DNA of 63,814 nt, the filler included, from Syncephalis fuscata S228 (taxonomy: Eukaryota > Fungi > Zoopagomycota): NCBI GenBank assembly GCA_025786725.1. It is 5 parts of 5 records of this genome, joined end to end, with 100 filler letters (N's around TTAATTAATTAA, not from the genome) between each part and the next. Parts side by side here need not be neighbours in the genome. Positions count along the whole stretch, not along the records: positions 9,612 to 25,007 come from JAHLTZ010000216.1; 4 more parts are not named here. One strand, given 5' to 3'. Under the pieces are notes generated by a model. It had not been told where the DNA came from. It did not search any database and saw nothing but the letters and a program-made list of their open reading frames with translations. The first letter of the stretch is position 1. Each line of letters starts with the position of its first letter. Below are positions 13,138-25,107 of this stretch, one piece after another. A program made the position numbers and the translations under genes.

Positions 13138-14945
13138 TTAGGCTTGCTTTTGTTTCTTCTGCTTAAGACGCAGTATACCAAATCCATATCTCACGACAGA
13201 AACAAACAGATAGATTGATGTAGCAACAATTAAAAGTATAAAGGCGTATAGATCATAGTTGCCGGCTTTCCACCATGGCATGCGGAAATCCGCACTTTCG
13301 TGTGCTAGAATAGCACCGGAGATGGCGGCCAGCTCAACAAGATCAGCACCACGATTGTGATCACGATTAGCCATATGAAACATACGCTGAAGACGGTTAA
13401 TGTTGGTACGGATCTCTTTAGCTTCCTCCGATCCAGGTGATAGTAGTCGATGGAAGGCATCGCTCAAAGTGTCATGGCTAATCTCCTTCTTAGACAGCCA
13501 TAAACCTGCTTTGTGTTCAGTCATTTTGTTTGCATTGATTATTTGATCACCAAAGCCTGGAAGGCCAAGAACTGGCACTCCAGCGTAAAGTGTTTCGTAA
13601 ATAGAGCTAATCCCGCAGTGTGTAACAAACAGTTGAGTAGATGGATGCGCTAATACAGCACGCTGTGGTGCATTGTCAAGCAGACGAATTACTGGATGCT
13701 TTCCAGAACGCATATCCTCAACACTATGGTCGACACCATCAATGGTAATTGTCTGCGGTATCGATTCTTTGTTATCAGCTGTCCGCACTAATCCCCAGAT
13801 AACACCGTCAAGCAGACCATCTCTATGAGCAGCAAGCAATGAATAAAGTATTTTTGAAACACGATGAATTGGCAAAACAGAGGCAGTCCCAAATCCTACA
13901 TAAACGGTGCGTTTATGGGTATCCAAGAATTCGGCAAGCTCGTCAGGCAGTGCTTCAACGGCATTTGATATGTGCGGACCAATCATAAATGTGTTGGATG
14001 GCAAAGGTTGAGGCGTCTACACAAAAAATCATTAGGTATTATTAAAAGCGCAATCGTGCCATTACCTCAAAGCCAATAAAGCTATTAACCAATATAAATC
14101 CGTGCCTCCAAAGATCCGCGAATCCACTGTATGGTGCAATACCTGCCTTGGACATTGTGACCTCTCTTTTTTTCAAAATTTCTTTTATAGCAAAAAATAC
14201 TTTTCCAGGCAAAATAATTTTGTCGTATAGACGATCAATAAAGCCTACATTCTCATATGTGGGCGGCATAGGCTGCATGTTGTTTGGTATATAAGGTTGC
14301 ACCCCATGGCCTAGATATTACATTGTTACACATAATTACATTCTTTCTAATACACTTACCATATGTTCCCAACATATGTACGGTAATGACAAACGGACAG
14401 CCAACATCATGTGCAGCATCAACACAAGCAGGATTGCTAAAGTCGCATATGATCACGTCAGCCGAGTTGTCACGAATCCATTGACGATAGAATTGAACAT
14501 TTTCAACGTAGTTTTGCATGAGCATGTCAAGCACCCAATTAATTAAGTCCGTTAATTTCATTTCTTCATCAGAAAATAAAGCCTGACGAGACATTTCTAA
14601 AAACATAGCTTTATCCATTGGATTGGCGCCCATATCTACAGGACGTAACATAGGATGGTCCTTCAGCCACGAAGACAACGTATCGTTGTAGCCAGCAAAT
14701 GCTACTTTATGGCCGCGTGCAGCCAGGACATCGCCTATAGATAGCTGGGGCGCTGCATGGGACTTGGTGCCCATCGCAGTGCTAATAAGAACATTCAGCG
14801 GACGGCTGCCGAAGCTGGCGGGTGTTGGCCCAGAAGTATTATGCTTGGTTGGTGCATTTGCGCTTTTAGCGGATATATACGTTGACTTAGAACACAATAT
14901 ACAACTAAGTGCAAGAAAACAAAATAGCAACTTTTTACAAAGCAT
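13138..14945 (-). CDS. UDP-glycosyltransferase (GT1, UDPGT family), 3 exons; signal peptide, C-terminal TM helix and lysine-rich tail
   Basis: N-terminal 'GTKSHAAP...GHKV'; UGT signature 'APQRAVLAHPSTQLFVTHCGISSIYETLYAGVPVLGLPGFGDQIINA'; ends with a TM helix and KQKKQKQA. Confidence 0.92.
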
Positions 14946-15589
14946 ATTGCAGTAACCAACGAATAAACAGTAAAAAGAGAAGTTGGACTCAATTCCTTGA
15001 TAATCCATTCCTTTTCAAAGGCAATGTTCACTCTGGTAAACCTCGTGTTTATCGTTACACCAACGTCGGCATAACATGTACGGTTGCAACGTCATGCTGA
15101 TGATGAGTCAATATGAATAATCTATTAGTGTAAAATATGCTATAATATGGTACGATATTTAATATCACGAATGCCCGTATTTTATTGTATCTAAAGCGTA
15201 AAGTAATTTTATAGCTAATTGAATATAAGAGTATATATATTAATGGATGTTATACCAAAAAGCATTAATAAAATTTTGTAATTGAGTGACGTAACCTTTG
15301 ACGTTACACTATCCACATTCATTGATATGACAGTTGTCAAAATAAAATGATTACATATAAAAACAATATAATCGTAATTACTATTTTTGTAATTAAATCA
15401 TTATATTGCAACCACTGGGCTTAACTATTTATTAAAAGAAATATTAGTATTAGCATTTATAAACTTAAAATACAGTAGGTTATTTTCTGACCTTGATAAT
15501 TAAACAAAAATACAAGTTACATGATAGCAACTGCATAATGATAATATCATACTAATAACAGTATTTATTGTATTAAAGTCAGACTATTT

Positions 15590-16430
15590 GGTTGCACTCA
15601 GTTTAACTTTTCACCAATAATTGATTGTGTAAATGCCTACAGCTTATCGTTTAATTCGGTGTTTTAAACATACTGGGATGATGTGGCTAGTTTTCCATAA
15701 GGAACAAAATATTGGCCGTTGTAGCCTTTCTTTCTAACTTCATCTGATGTGATGACATAGAGGGAAGTAGCGCGCCATCCGCCGTAGAAAGGCCTGAGCA
15801 AAAGAAAAATATACTAAACAACAGATTCCAATTCAGCCAAGAGAATTATATCCGTTTCGTCCAATTTCTGACCTAACTACGCCTGGATGCAGTGAGTTGG
15901 CTAGCACGGCTGATTTGCCATTCTTGGCTACCTCTTTGCAAAATAATTTGCTGTTAGAATGCAAGCTAATTTGGAGTGGCCATATGCCTTAATGGTGTTG
16001 TATGATGCTTATTATTAACCTCGGCCATGATAAGTCGAATACCATTGGTATAGGTTTATTGATGCATCGTGCTTGACGTAAACACAATCTGAGAAGGCTC
16101 TTCAGCTGTGCCGCTGCTTTCAATAGTAGAAGATAAACGCTGTGTAAACAGCGCTGGCCCCAAGTGGTTGACGGCAAAGCGCAATTCGATACCATTGTCA
16201 GCCAGTGTAACGGTACCATCGAAATACCAGTATTATTAACAAGGATGTTGATGCAAGGCTCGACTTCTAAAAGCTTTTTTTGCAGCAATATCCACTTGTT
16301 TAAGATTAGCAAGATTGAGATGCAAAAAGTGGATATCTGGCAGTTTAACTTAATAGGCATGATGATGAAAAGAATAAAAGTAGCGTTTGTTTATAGCAAT
16401 ACAAGCATATAATATACATATATTACCATA
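15590..16430 (-). pseudogene. Short-chain dehydrogenase/reductase (retinol dehydrogenase/WWOX-like) pseudogene
   Basis: ILVNNTGI, 'GIELRFAVNHLGP', catalytic 'AYGHSKLA' and 'NSLHPGVVRSEI' lie in different frames. Frameshift near 16210, TAA near 16057, further frameshifts downstream. Confidence 0.85.
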
Positions 16431-17241
16431 GTTAAGTGTATCAGTGTTGTGTAATAGGCTGATATTTACTTTACTCCCCCCCCCCGCCAGGGCAGTAAAT
16501 CTCTTTACGCAATCAATTGTAATGATTTAGATAGTTGACAAGTTGATTAGATTAAATTGTGTTTAAATGATCATTCACAATAAATACTAATATAATATAA
16601 TAAAATTATTATTTCCATAAAATAGAATTGACTAAATATAACAGAACATTGTATCAGTAATAATATTAAACATTTAAATAAAAAATGTAACATACTATTT
16701 GATTTCATTGAAACATTTGAGGCCAATTGTTGTTGTTGGCCATGCATAGGAAAATTGATTGAATGTTAATAGAAGCCATTGATTGCAATTCTATGCCATT
16801 CTGCATGTGTTGTTGCATCTATGTACATCATTGATTATTATGTCTAAATGGTCTTTTCAATTTTTCAATTTTCTACTGTTGCATTTGGGCATATTTGTGA
16901 TGTAAGATCAAGATTAATATAATTATTATAAATGTCGTTTATTAAACAGTCACTTCCCCTATAGCCAATCTGACTAAATAAATGGTATTTTTAACGATTA
17001 ATATCATAATGACAATGTATATATATATTAAAGCAATAATGAAATGAGTAAATAAAAATGTGAGAGTTAAAGTACGGTGCTCCGTGTAATAATAATAATT
17101 TTAATATATTATAGAAAAATAAAAATAATTGATCTATATAAAACATTTACAAAGATTACTAAAATATACAAGTGAATCTAAAATATAACAGCTTTATATA
17201 GTTAAGCAAACAAATTGTTTATTAATATGATTCAATTATAA

Positions 17242-18783
17242 TTAAATCTTAAGATACCATCCTCGACTATCCATAAGCATGGCCATTGGAACGTACAATA
17301 ACGATACCCATGCTCCAGACCATACCAAACTGTTAAGGCGCATTGGCAACCAACTAGCAAATACATACTGGAATGTAACAGACCATAGACTTCTCTCTTC
17401 TCCATTAGCACCGGGTGCAATTGGAATAGACATGACACTGGCAGCAATCAGTTCAGAGGCCATATAGATGGCGAGTGGATTCTTGCCGACAGCAAGACAA
17501 GCATTCAAAAATAGCTTCGTTGGTTTGGCTACAATAGCCGATGCACTTTCGCTTAATCGAACATAGTCAACGACATATGTCATTGTAGCAAGTTCCATCA
17601 GTGATATTGAGCCGGCGAATAAAGTAAATGTTGGTGTCCAAAGCGGCTTGCTAATAGGAATGACTGGATTGAACAAATAAGCAATTAAAGCAAATCCAGC
17701 CGATAATAAAGACCAAGACGAGATGTGCTGAAGTTGACCAAACGAGCTACGTAGCGCTGTACGAGCACCCATCACCTGTATACCAACACGTACACCAAGA
17801 TAGCAGCTTAGCACTGCAGTCACGTGTGAAAGACTGCCTTCTGGATCAAACGACTTGCCCTGGTAGTTGTGTTCTGGTCCAAAGATATGCGAATCAAAGT
17901 AGGACTCGACAGAACACTCCATATCAAAATGGCCACGACCACAGCCGGGTACATTCACACCAAACGTTAGGCCAAGCCAAATGGCAAGTGCCGTTGCGGG
18001 AAATACCGTATTAAATGCTAGATGGCGCTGGACCCGTTTTGTGCGATGTAACATGGTTTTAACAGCGCCTTGCGTTTCGCCATCACAATCTTCAGGTTCT
18101 TCTGTCGTTGGTGGTATATCCGGCCGAAGCCATGCAAATGCACCGGCACACACAGCGTAAGCTATACCTAAGCGCTGCAACACACCGGCCGGTCGCCAAT
18201 GAGACGCAATATTGGGTGTTGTAAAGGGAAAGTTTGTAATGAACATGCCAAGTAGGATTAATAACGAAGAACGTTTCATAATACGCACAGCGACCTGCAT
18301 CCCCGTGCCTTTAAGCCGACGGCCGGCCAATGGTACAGCAAGCCCCATAACAAAGAGAAAATTGGGAAAAACGGAGTCAGCAATTGAGAAGCCAAGCCAT
18401 TCAGGATGTAACAAATAGGAGAAGGCTTCATCTTCAATTTGGTAGTTCACGAGAATCATTAGGCAAACGGTAAAGCCACGCAATACATCGAGCGATACGA
18501 GTCGACCGTTACCACCATCACCGGCGGGAGGATTGGGCGCAGTTGATGGTGGTGGCAATACGGCTTCTGTGTCATCCGTCATTTCAGGATTTGTGTAATA
18601 ATCATTTGTTTTTTCATTAAGAACAGTATGGTTGTTGGCTGTCTCTGATATTATGATGGTGGTGTTTTCTTGCTGTTCCGACCGCGTCACATTTTCATTA
18701 ATGACTGCAGTAGCCTCAATGGATGGTGACGACGGACCAGTTGTGACGGCGGTGGTAGAGACGGCCATCGTTGGATCAGCCAT
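17242..18783 (-). CDS. Heparan-alpha-glucosaminide N-acetyltransferase (HGSNAT/NagX)-like membrane acyltransferase, intronless
   Basis: RLVSLDVLRG, 'LHPEWLGFSIADSVFPNFLF' (His-containing motif), GVLQRLGIAY, FDPEGSLS, PISKPLWTPTF; many TM helices. Confidence 0.9.
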   Translation of the reverse strand: MADPTMAVSTTAVTTGPSSPSIEATAVINENVTRSEQQENTTIIISETANNHTVLNEKTNDYYTNPEMTDDTEAVLPPPSTAPNPPAGDGGNGRLVSLDVLRGFTVCLMILVNYQIEDEAFSYLLHPEWLGFSIADSVFPNFLFVMGLAVPLAGRRLKGTGMQVAVRIMKRSSLLILLGMFITNFPFTTPNIASHWRPAGVLQRLGIAYAVCAGAFAWLRPDIPPTTEEPEDCDGETQGAVKTMLHRTKRVQRHLAFNTVFPATALAIWLGLTFGVNVPGCGRGHFDMECSVESYFDSHIFGPEHNYQGKSFDPEGSLSHVTAVLSCYLGVRVGIQVMGARTALRSSFGQLQHISSWSLLSAGFALIAYLFNPVIPISKPLWTPTFTLFAGSISLMELATMTYVVDYVRLSESASAIVAKPTKLFLNACLAVGKNPLAIYMASELIAASVMSIPIAPGANGEERSLWSVTFQYVFASWLPMRLNSLVWSGAWVSLLYVPMAMLMDSRGWYLKI

Positions 18784-19025
18784 AGTAAAAAATCTTTACG
18801 GTGGTTATTACAATAAGCAAGTTAGAAAAAGAATAAAATCAAGTCGTTAACTGTGTCCAAACAATTCATACATACGTTAGAGGAGAAAAAAAGAAAGGGG
18901 TACTTTTTCTACTTGGTAACATTAAGTAGCGGATCCTTTACAATAAATAGATGAATCCTGTGTTTTTTTGTTGTATGTAACCCTACCAACCGGTTACTGC
19001 ACTATACTACATGACATGGGCATGT

Positions 19026-19686
19026 GACTGTATAGAATATTCTACAGTTACGCAATAGATATCATTTATTAAAATTGTCCAATGCAAATAAAACGTCATG
19101 TGGGAAGAATGTGCACGGTGTCAGTAGCCTGTTTGCAGAGTCATTAAACAAAATAAGAAACATGACTGCAAAGCAGTTGAATTGTGGAGACAACAATGAA
19201 TTTTATAACAATAATGCTTATTATAGTCTTTAGCTATTCTTTCTATTATATTCATTAATTTAAGGAGGATAGAAGTGTAAAGAAATACTGATGTAAATGT
19301 CTATAATAAACAACAATGACTATAATAGTTTTCGGCTTAATACTTGCATAATAAAACATTTAATTTTGATTAATTTACTACGTTTTTATATCAATTCCAT
19401 TGCTTTATTTTTACGTAAAGGCTCTACATAGCATATTAAACTCATTTGTTCTACACATACATGTACAATACACAATAGTTTTTTAGTTAACTATTGCTTT
19501 ATTTCTAGTACCTATAAGAGTAATTGACTAAAACTTGGATTACAAAATTTATACGTTGCGTGACCATCAGGTCTATTATTGCTACACCAGGAAAGTAGCA
19601 ATATGAACACACGACTCTATAGAATATTCTAATGTTACGCAACCAATGTCATTTATTAGAATCGTTTAATGCAAATTAAATGTCAT
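19026..19686. repeat. ~70-bp diverged direct repeat (19026-19099 / 19613-19686)
   Basis: 'tatagaatattcta...gttacgcaa...tcatttatta.aat.gt..aatgcaaat.aaa.gtcat' in both places; the second copy overlaps the stop codon and 3' flank of the SPX-PSP gene. Confidence 0.75.
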
Positions 19687-21890
19687 ATAGCTGTCGTGCA
19701 TCCCCATCTGTATAACCTAGCAGGTAGAGCACATATTTGAGACTTTTTTGGTTAATACGTGCTCTTGCCTGTTCTTGTACGCGAGGCTTAGCATCGAATG
19801 CGATGCCTAGGCCAGCCTTGGCCAACATCCATAAGTCATTGGCACCATCTCCCACAGCGACTACTTGGTCAAGTGACACCGATTCTGCCTGAGCAATGAC
19901 TTCAAGTAGCTCAGCCTTGCGTTCCCCATTAACGATGGGTCCCACAGTCTCTCCAGTCAATGACTGGCCATCTGGTGTCGTCTTTAGCTAATACGTCATG
20001 GTTTGCATTACCAATTAATTATCGGCATGGCTGGCCATCATTTCTAGTACTCACCTGGTTGGCAAATGCATAATCGAGACCCAGTTCATTTTTGACAAAA
20101 GTTGCAAGTGGCATAAATCCACCTAAATAAAATGGTGTTAGATTAGAAAAGGTAAATAAATTAATATTAAAATATCTACCAGAAATAACCGCCAACTTGA
20201 ATCCAAGTCGTTTAAGTGCTCTACATAGATAGTGTGCGCCCTCTGTAAACGTCAGTTGATCTCGAACTTGTGCGAGTACTGAAGTTGGCGTGCCTTTCAG
20301 TAGTGCAACACGACGACGTAATGATTCGTTAAAATCAATCTCTCCATTCATTGCTGCCTCAGTGATAGCCTATAATTATAATGATATATTAGCGTTTATC
20401 ATTTAATTGCTACATTATTGTGATTGTTATTCAGCGCAATTACTAACCGCTACTTTGTCCATAACACCGGCATGTCGTGCAATCTCATCAATAACCTCTT
20501 GTTGAATAAGTGTTGAATCCATATCAAATACCACAAGTCGCTTGTTTCTTCTGAATACATTATGCTGCTGTAGAGCAACATCTGTGGCGTGTTGTGTACT
20601 TAGCTGGAACAGCTTTTCACGTAGTGCAACAAGATCAACATCATTAGGTACACTGAGCTGATAGTCAGCACAGCACACACGGCCAGCATTGAGGCGGGAC
20701 ATCTTTTCGACGGAAATACGTTCGGCAAGTAGTAGTTTCGTCCAATCGTTAAGAAACGTTGCTGTAAGCCCATGTCGATTCAGTACAGTAGCTGCATATT
20801 TAACACGTCCAGCATAAGGTGCTTCCTCAATCGACTGAGTAATGGCTGAATGATCGCTGTTATGCGGTTCAAACTGTAATTGGGCATCCCATTGGCGTGC
20901 GGCTTCAGCCAGATCGCGGAATAGCTCGACCCGTTCATCGGTAAGCCGTAGTAGTGCAGCAAATGTTACTTGATGATAAAGACGACTCAACATGAAATCT
21001 TCAACGTCGGCCGCATAACGAGCTGCACAATCGAGTACACAGCCAATGATGTCGGTACCGTGCGGACCTGACATAGTAACCAATATACGCTGGTGAGGCA
21101 GTTGCGACGCAGGTGGAAACCAGTTCTTGCGCTCATCGTTACCCATTCGTTCTACGATTGAATTTGATGGCAATAGCGCATCGGCCACTTCTTCAACGGC
21201 ATTTGGCACAGTTGTAGTAATTGAAGGGTCAACCGTGGCTGCAGCGACTGCTTGTTCCGCTGCTTGTACAGCTGAAATGGTGGGCGCAATAGCACTGGCC
21301 ACAATGCTGGCATCATGGGCCTGATCAACTGTCGTCTTTATACTTTCCAATAAACGTTGCTTCCACGTACTTAGTGGCTGAAAACGTACAAGTGGCGTCA
21401 CAGCAATACGTAATAAATAAGTTTCGCCTAAACATAGGCCCGTATAACGATCGTGCTTTTTTAATATCTTGGTAATGGCCGTGTAGTTAAGAAATGCGAA
21501 TGACTCGACCTGTACAATACAACGCAACGCATCCGATGTTGTAAGCTTGTTAGCTGCAAATGCCTCGGCTGCTTTCGCCACTTGATAGCAAACATGCTCG
21601 GAAGCACGCGCCACTTCCGTATCCAATTGATGGAAGAACTGCGGTACCGTTTGCTGAAGCGTCGTTAACCTTGTGGCTAATTGCGTGCCAAATGACTCTT
21701 TAGCCAGTTCGGGCCCGTCTGGCTTGCTGTTCGCCGTATTGGTGGGCAATAGCGCGTTGAGGTGTAGCGAACCAGGCTGCAACTTCTCTTTAATAAACCG
21801 TTTAAGATACGTATAATTGACACACGCTGCCTTCCAGCTATCTTCCGGCAGCAATTCCTTACGCTCTTCTAAATACTTTGCAAACTTCAT
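19676..21890 (-). CDS. SER2: SPX domain - ACT - ACT - phosphoserine phosphatase (SerB-type HAD) fusion, 4 exons
   Basis: SPX: MKFAKYLEE, NYTYLKRFIK, FLNYTAITKILKKHDRY. ACT-like 'ILVTMSGPHGTDIIGCVL'. HAD motifs FDMDSTLIQQEVIDE, AMNGEIDFNESLRRRVALLKG, ISGGF, RKAELL, GDGANDL. SPX through HAD motif I is one uninterrupted exon (21890-20448). Confidence 0.93.
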
Positions 21891-22349
21891 GTTCTTTAGT
21901 AGTTACAAATGAAAAAGAAAATAAAGCTACGAGAAAGTATGACTGTGCGAATCTAATAAGCTATTCCAACGCCGATTTCATATCATTTAATCTAACATCT
22001 GATTCTATTGATTAACACTTAATCGACAGTCTATTTAGCACTCCTATTTGTTTATTGCTAGCTATACAGTTAATGTTTAATAACAATATTTCCTTTATTT
22101 ATTTCTTTTAATTAGTGTTAACTAGTTATCTAATTAGCACTTGATAAAAATAACAAGTCTAATCAATCAACGATTTATTTAATTTACTATCCACTTATTG
22201 ACATATATTTAATCAATAAATAATAGTAATAAATCTTGATTCGATATTTTTATTAATACTAATGGTCATTATTATTATTTATTGAAACATATCATCGTAT
22301 TACTAGCTATTTCTACTCCCTTTGAATCTATCGACTAACTTTACAAACT

Positions 22350-24096
22350 ATGGCTACACCAGCTGCTGTAACTGAGCCACTAAGTGTGGTTGATATTGCT
22401 CGTAATGCTCGTCTAGCTTCTACTGAATTACAATCGGTAACTGGTGCCACTAAATCACTGGCGTTGAAGCATATTCAAGCGGCGTTGCTTAGACATAAAG
22501 CAACCATTATTGCTGCCAATCAACGCGACAAAGAAGTAGGTAGCGGTGGTGGCAGAGAAAGAATACAACCTCTAATACTAACAACGACGTATACAATAAC
22601 AGCTTGCAAAGATCGAGGTGGATGCAGGTCGGTTATCGGCCTCACTATTCAAACGACTCGATATCGAAGGAACCAATGAGGAGAAGTTTATGACTATGGT
22701 TGAAGGGGTGGCCGATGTCGATAAACTAGAGGATCCAACTGGCAAGTATAGTGTTAATGTAGAAGGGGACCAGTCAACGTATTACTAACTACTCGTCGGG
22801 TTGTAGGTCGAGTAAGTATGGCGACCAAATTGGACGACAATCTCGAATTGTATCGTGTAGCCTGTCCTGTTGGTGTTTTATTAGTTATTTTTGAGGCACG
22901 TCCTGAGGTGGCAGTTAATATTTCAGCATTGGCCATTAAGTCGGGTAAATAATAGTATTATTTAGTATTGGCACATTTATCAAATGTCTAATACGAACAC
23001 TAGGTAATGCGGTAATTCTTAAGGGTGGCAAAGAGGCTACTCATACACTACAAGCACTGAATATCTGTTTAAGAGAAGCGCTTAATGACTTGCCAGCTGA
23101 ACATTCCATTCCAGCGGATGCCGTCCAACTAGTATCAAAACGTGAAGAGATTGCCGAACTGTTAGATCAAGATAAATACATTGATATGGTTATTCCTCGT
23201 GGTTCCAATTCGTTGGTTCGTCATATTCAAAATAATACACGGTAAGTGGTCATGAGTCTTGTTTACTGGTAATTAATACTAATCCTTGGTTATAGTATTC
23301 CAGTATTGGGACATGCTGATGGACTATGTTCTATTTTTATTGATGAATCAGCCGATATCGATAAAACGATTAATGTTGTATTAGATGCTAAAGTACGTAA
23401 CAGTGCACTATTGCCGTATTTAATACTTACTCTATGTATAGCTTAGCTATCCTGCTGCATGCAATTCAACTGAGACACTGCTTGTTCATGCTAAAGCTGC
23501 TGAACGTGTATTGCCGTCCTTGGGTGCGGCACTTTATGCACAGCAAGTACAATTACGTGCCGATGATACTTCACGTCGTTGTTTGCCTGTACCCGACAAT
23601 CCTCAACTATTAAAACCAATTGCTGATGAAGATGATGATACGGAGTTTTTAGATGCCATTCTTGCCGTAAGAGTGGTTGGCTCATTGACCGATGCCATTT
23701 CACACATCAATACACATGGCTCAAAACATACAGATGCTATCATGACTGAGGAGAGGGCAAATGCCGAACAGTTTATGACTCAAGTGGATGCAGCAGGTGT
23801 CTACTGGAATGCATCAACTCGATTTGCCGATGGATTCCGTTATGGATTCGGTACAGAAATTGGCGTAAGTTTTGTTTTGTAAAATGTAGACCATATATAC
23901 TTATATACTATGGATAGGTAAGCACGAATAAGACACATGCTCGTGGCCGGTTGGTTTAGAAGGACTTGTTATTTACAAGTATCGCGTTTACGGCAACGGA
24001 CAAGCATCGGCCGCGTATGGCGTGGGAGAGGGCAAGCGACGCTATTTACACGATGCCATTCCATTGGAAACATGCGAGAATCGTTTCCGTAAATAA
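22350..24096 (+). CDS. PRO2: Gamma-glutamyl phosphate reductase (glutamate-5-semialdehyde dehydrogenase), multi-exon; apparent 1-nt deletion near 23947
   Basis: [100 protein letters not shown](P)VGLEGL. Confidence 0.95.
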
Positions 24097-24240
24097 GAAT
24101 TGTTTATTTAACTATTGATATATTCCAATTGAATGAATGATTTGCGCCTATTTCTAATCTACACTATATCAATATAAATAATGGTGTCTATTTTATTTCT
24201 AGTCTCTACTAAACAATTGTTCTAGTTGATATTTGCATCT

Positions 24241-25007
24241 ATGGATGAATCTAGTCTATACAAAGATATATGGTATATTTACAAAATGTGTTGCTATTTG
24301 TCATATTGACATTGGTATTTACTAGGCTAGCTGCCATACTTGGTACTCGATCAGCGTTGCGTCGAATGGCTCGACGACACCTAGAACGAGTACAAGTGTC
24401 ATGTGCTTGGTAAGACCACTTAAGCAATAGTTATTTTTACTATAAATATATACTATAGCGAATGGATAATACAACGCATTGAAGTGACAACTCTCCGTAT
24501 ATCTGCTCATCTTTTATATGGCACTGCATTAATTCACGACCAACAATGTGAAAAGATCTATGGTAAACAATCAATATGGCTAATGTTGCTATTGCTAATA
24601 TCTATATTGTAGCTGATGCACACCAGTTATCATTAAATATTAAAGATGCTCTTTTATGCAAGAAATTATCTACTTATCCATATACAACAATTGAACGAGC
24701 AAGGTAATAGTTATTAAATTAATTGATGATATTAGTTTTTTACTTTATTATAGATTCGACACTATTACCATTTCTATGCCGACTTTTCCATTCTTCTTAT
24801 TAGCATCGTATAATCATATCTATCAAGTATATATTATAACAATAATCTATAGTAATCTATAACAACTAACGTTGGCCATTAGCCACAATGGTGTTTTATG
24901 GCTAGTCAGTCTACATTTACAAAGACTACTACCATGTATTCAAGTGAGTTTATTAATATTATACCTATGTATATTGATATATTGTGACAATAAAATAATT
25001 AGAAGAA
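24241..25007 (+). CDS. REC8: Rad21/Rec8 kleisin N-terminal domain (Rec8-like), 5' part only
   Basis: Spliced translation MDESSLYKDIWLAAILGTRSALRRMARRHLERVQVSCACEWIIQRIEVTTLRISAHLLYGTALIHDQQCEKIYAD matches the Rad21_Rec8_N pattern (IWLAA...LRxSxxLLYG...QQC). Confidence 0.75.
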
Positions 25008-25107
25008 NNNNNNNNNNNNNNNNNNNNNNNNNNNNNNNNNNNNNNNNNNNNTTAATTAATTAANNNNNNNNNNNNNNNNNNNNNNNNNNNNNNNNNNNNN
25101 NNNNNNN
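25008..25107. other. Artificial contig linker
   Basis: N-run + TTAATTAATTAA + N-run. Confidence 0.97.
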
